From contig QPGO01000098.1 of assembly GCA_008632985.1 (NCBI GenBank), positions 1 through 64,000 of the forward strand: 64,000 nt of DNA, written 5' to 3'. The notes under the pieces were generated by a model, which ran no database searches, was not told the DNA's origin, and was given only the letters and a program-made list of their open reading frames with translations. Each line of letters starts with the position of its first letter. Position 1 is the first letter of the stretch. The position numbers were made by a program, and so were the translations under genes. Source of the DNA: Psammoneis japonica. Its lineage: Eukaryota. Shown one piece after another: positions 61,273-64,000 of the stretch.

Positions 61273-64000
61273 TTAGCCGACCGCGGCGTCACGAGATTGT
61301 GACGCCCATCCAAAGTAGCTGAGAATAGTCCGAGTACCGCGCACGGCAAGTCGTTTTGCCTCTCTCATGCTTGTTTTAAAAAGTGATTTGTTCGTAGCCA
61401 ACCAGTTACGAATCTGATGAGTCGACTGGTTTAGATGCTCTTCAACCGTGTCGAATAAATAATGCCGATCCTTTGCCAAATGTTCATTCTGTCGTTCGTA
61501 TGTCAACCTGAGTTCAGCCTCAGCAAGTCTGCGCTGTGCAGACTTCCACGTTTCTTTGTCGTGTCCGTGAAGAGCCTTATTGTGGTCATCCCATAAAGCC
61601 CACCATTCTTTCCACACAAAAGAACCAATGCTGGTCACCCAATCACTTCTGCGTTTGTTAGTGTTACCTTCATCTGACCTCACGCGACGCTCAAGTGCGT
61701 GAAACCGTTGGAGCTCATTCCACAGATGCGAAAAAACGACCGTTGAAAATCTGTCGCCATCCGACAGCCTGTTGTGAAGCAGCCACTTGGCGCACACGGG
61801 GATGAATCGAAGCAACATTGAGAACTTCCTCATTGAACCACGCTTCCAATCCTTGCAACAACAGATCCCTCAAAGGAGGCATCGCATCTAATTCGTCACA
61901 GCGCCGACGTGAGCCTTGCAAAAATTTTTCGACGCCACTGTGCCTGTCTCGGGCACCGAAGGATATGGTCTCGATCCTCCATGGGATGCTGACAGTGGAG
62001 ACAACAGTCCGATCGCGCAGGATTGCATCGATGTGCAATCTCATTCACAGGCAAAACATCCTGAACCAACCCAACGGTTCCAACTCTGTGTTTGGCATGA
62101 CAATGCATTAAAGTTGCGTGCGTCTTCCAGTCGACTTGGTTGAAGACCTCTTCAGACCAAGAGTGCTTTTGCTTCATGTGCTCAATTGGCACAGGAGATG
62201 CTGCTGCGTGTCGAATCTGGCTCTTGAAATTGGACGTAACAGCTCCTTTCTCGAGAAGAAAATTGGCAGCGCAATGAGGCAAGCGTGGTGCAGTTTCAGT
62301 GTCACCAAAATGTTTGCCCTGGAATGCTCCAGCCAAGTGATCGGCCCGAACGTTCAACCGCACATTAAGAGGAAGTCGGGAAAGCGGAGTGTGGCGATCC
62401 TGGTGTCCTTTAACCCATTCAACGGCAACAAAAGTGCCGCTCTTGTCTTGCACCCGGCATTCCTGTAAATCAAGAAAAGCATGAAGAATTTCGTTCACGA
62501 CATCCCAATCCGGAGACAATGTGTGCGAGACATGGTGACGAAGAAGGAAATCCGTTTGGCTGTCCAAGGAGCATTCCTCACACTCAACGGGAGGAGGGGT
62601 GTTGAGATTTTGGACTGCGTTCACGAGGGAGCTGTTGTCACACACAGACAAAAAGCCTTGCAAGAAAACCGCATCGCAAAATTCCATCAGCCGAAGCATG
62701 AATCGAGACACAGATGACAGACCACATGCTTCCGCTCGGTGCGAAGCAGGGCGTTTCCCAAAAACCGGTCCAGCACAATCAACCAAAATAACTCCTTCAA
62801 TCGTGAGTGTCCAACCAAAGGTGGCAGACTCGTGTGTGATGGAGCCGTCGCTGCCCATTTTTCCAATCGCAGTGCGAAGGGCATCAGCAATCTCAAACAC
62901 GGAGCGGTGCAGGGTGAGGAACAACTCAAAGTCAGATGCACTTGGAAGAGCAAGCGGAGCATCAAATCCCACTCGCTGAAAGGAGATTGTCCAATGTCCA
63001 GTGTCGGCAGAATCAACGAAGATGGGAACAGCAGCAGAAGAAGGATGGGGAACCACTTCCAACGCACTCACCGAGTCAGCGCTCACATTGGACACCGGAA
63101 AAATTTCAAAACCCAAGGGTGATCGAATGTAAAGGAACTGTTCAGTTGAAGAGAAACACGCCGATGCCTGCATCCGCATTTGGTCCACTGGGACCACCCA
63201 ATCCCCTGAAGGCTCCCGTAAGTCGCAGGCATCTGAATTGCAGAAAAGAAGGCATGCGCGTCGCCATTGTTTCCAGGCGGCTGGGGACGGATTTTCCTGG
63301 TCAACAAAAATTAATCTGGCAGGTGCTGCTGGCTGGGGGATGGTTGTCCCAGCACTTTAGATTCATCAAGACTGAGGCCATCAGGAAGCGCAACATCAGA
63401 AAGCGTGAGAACCTGAAGAAACAGACGGCAATAATTTGCCAAGCATGCTTGACGATTGGCGAACATTCCTGACTCCAGGACCGCGTCCACAATGTGTTGG
63501 TCGTCATTGTGCTGAAGGGGAAGAACTCCACTCTGATCCAGTTCCATTCTGCCATTAATTCGAGAGAGGAAGGACCGAAGTGACATCAGCCATTTTGATT
63601 CAGAATGGGGAAGAACCGCAGTGACGTCATTGAGACAACTAATTCCTGTGCCCAGATGAAGTTGTGTCCACGAGACGGCAATGCGCAACAGCAAATTCGG
63701 CTGACCATCACCTCGCCAGTGCTTGAGAAATTGGAGAGCTTGAGCCAATCCTTGTTCCACATCTGGGGAGCGAAAACCACCGCCTCCCAACGAGCAAGGG
63801 CCACACAGAAGATCCCGTTTCGTGTTGCGGTTGTAGCCACATTCAGCAAAAACAGCTCTCATGGCTTTCCGTTGGATCTCAAGAAGTTGCTTGGGCAGGA
63901 AATGAGTGTTCGGGAGAACGCAGGCAACAGACGGAAGACAGCTTGCATGACAATGAGTCCAGGCATTGCTGCGGGTCATCGGACAGTTTCGAACAAGAGC
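61273..64000 (-). mobile_element. 3' part of a non-LTR retrotransposon (LINE with RNase H and C-terminal zinc knuckle, Ambal-like), frameshifted, running off the window end
   Basis: Post-RT 'NRNTKRDLLCGPCSLGGGGF'. RNase H 'SDGS...GW...RAEACG...CDN...WVKGHQD...LNVRADHLA'. CCHC 'CLHCQHPMEDRDHILRC', 'QQAVGWRQIFNGRF' and 'WALWDDHNKALHG'. Confidence 0.9.

Noticed and set aside
1..64000. Alternative genetic code (Tyr reassigned) to explain Tyr-free ORFs
   Set aside because: Real genes in the same window use TAY for Tyr at conserved positions, and TA loss affects all frames and non-coding DNA.

Overview
Eukaryotic genomic DNA, most likely a diatom. This is inferred from bipartite plastid-targeting presequences, short introns, a diatom-type Ty1/copia element and an RNase H-bearing LINE. 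The window is a sharp mosaic. Gene islands of normal composition lie at about 4.3-5.5, 7.3-9.9, 13.4-15.0, 29.5-31.8, 35.1-45.5 and 59.0-60.9 kb. They encode a CLASP/TOG protein, an ER thioredoxin, a divergent stand-alone DHFR, an ASPIC/FG-GAP protein, CDC50, Ysc84/SYLF, a CRTISO-like protein and two Crinkler-like NTPase+REase genes. Between them are long tracts of decayed transposons and dead gene copies. The main observation is that these tracts have lost almost every TpA dinucleotide, converted to TpG or CpA. Conserved Tyr codons read Cys or His, and TAA/TAG stops vanish. The change occurs on both strands, is partly independent of CpG decay, has sharp or graded boundaries next to live genes, and also hits ordinary gene copies. 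This looks like a repeat- or heterochromatin-targeted A:T->G:C hypermutation, opposite in direction to fungal RIP. A base-calling artefact caused by a modified base must be excluded. All family assignments are from motif recognition by eye, and all counts are manual estimates.
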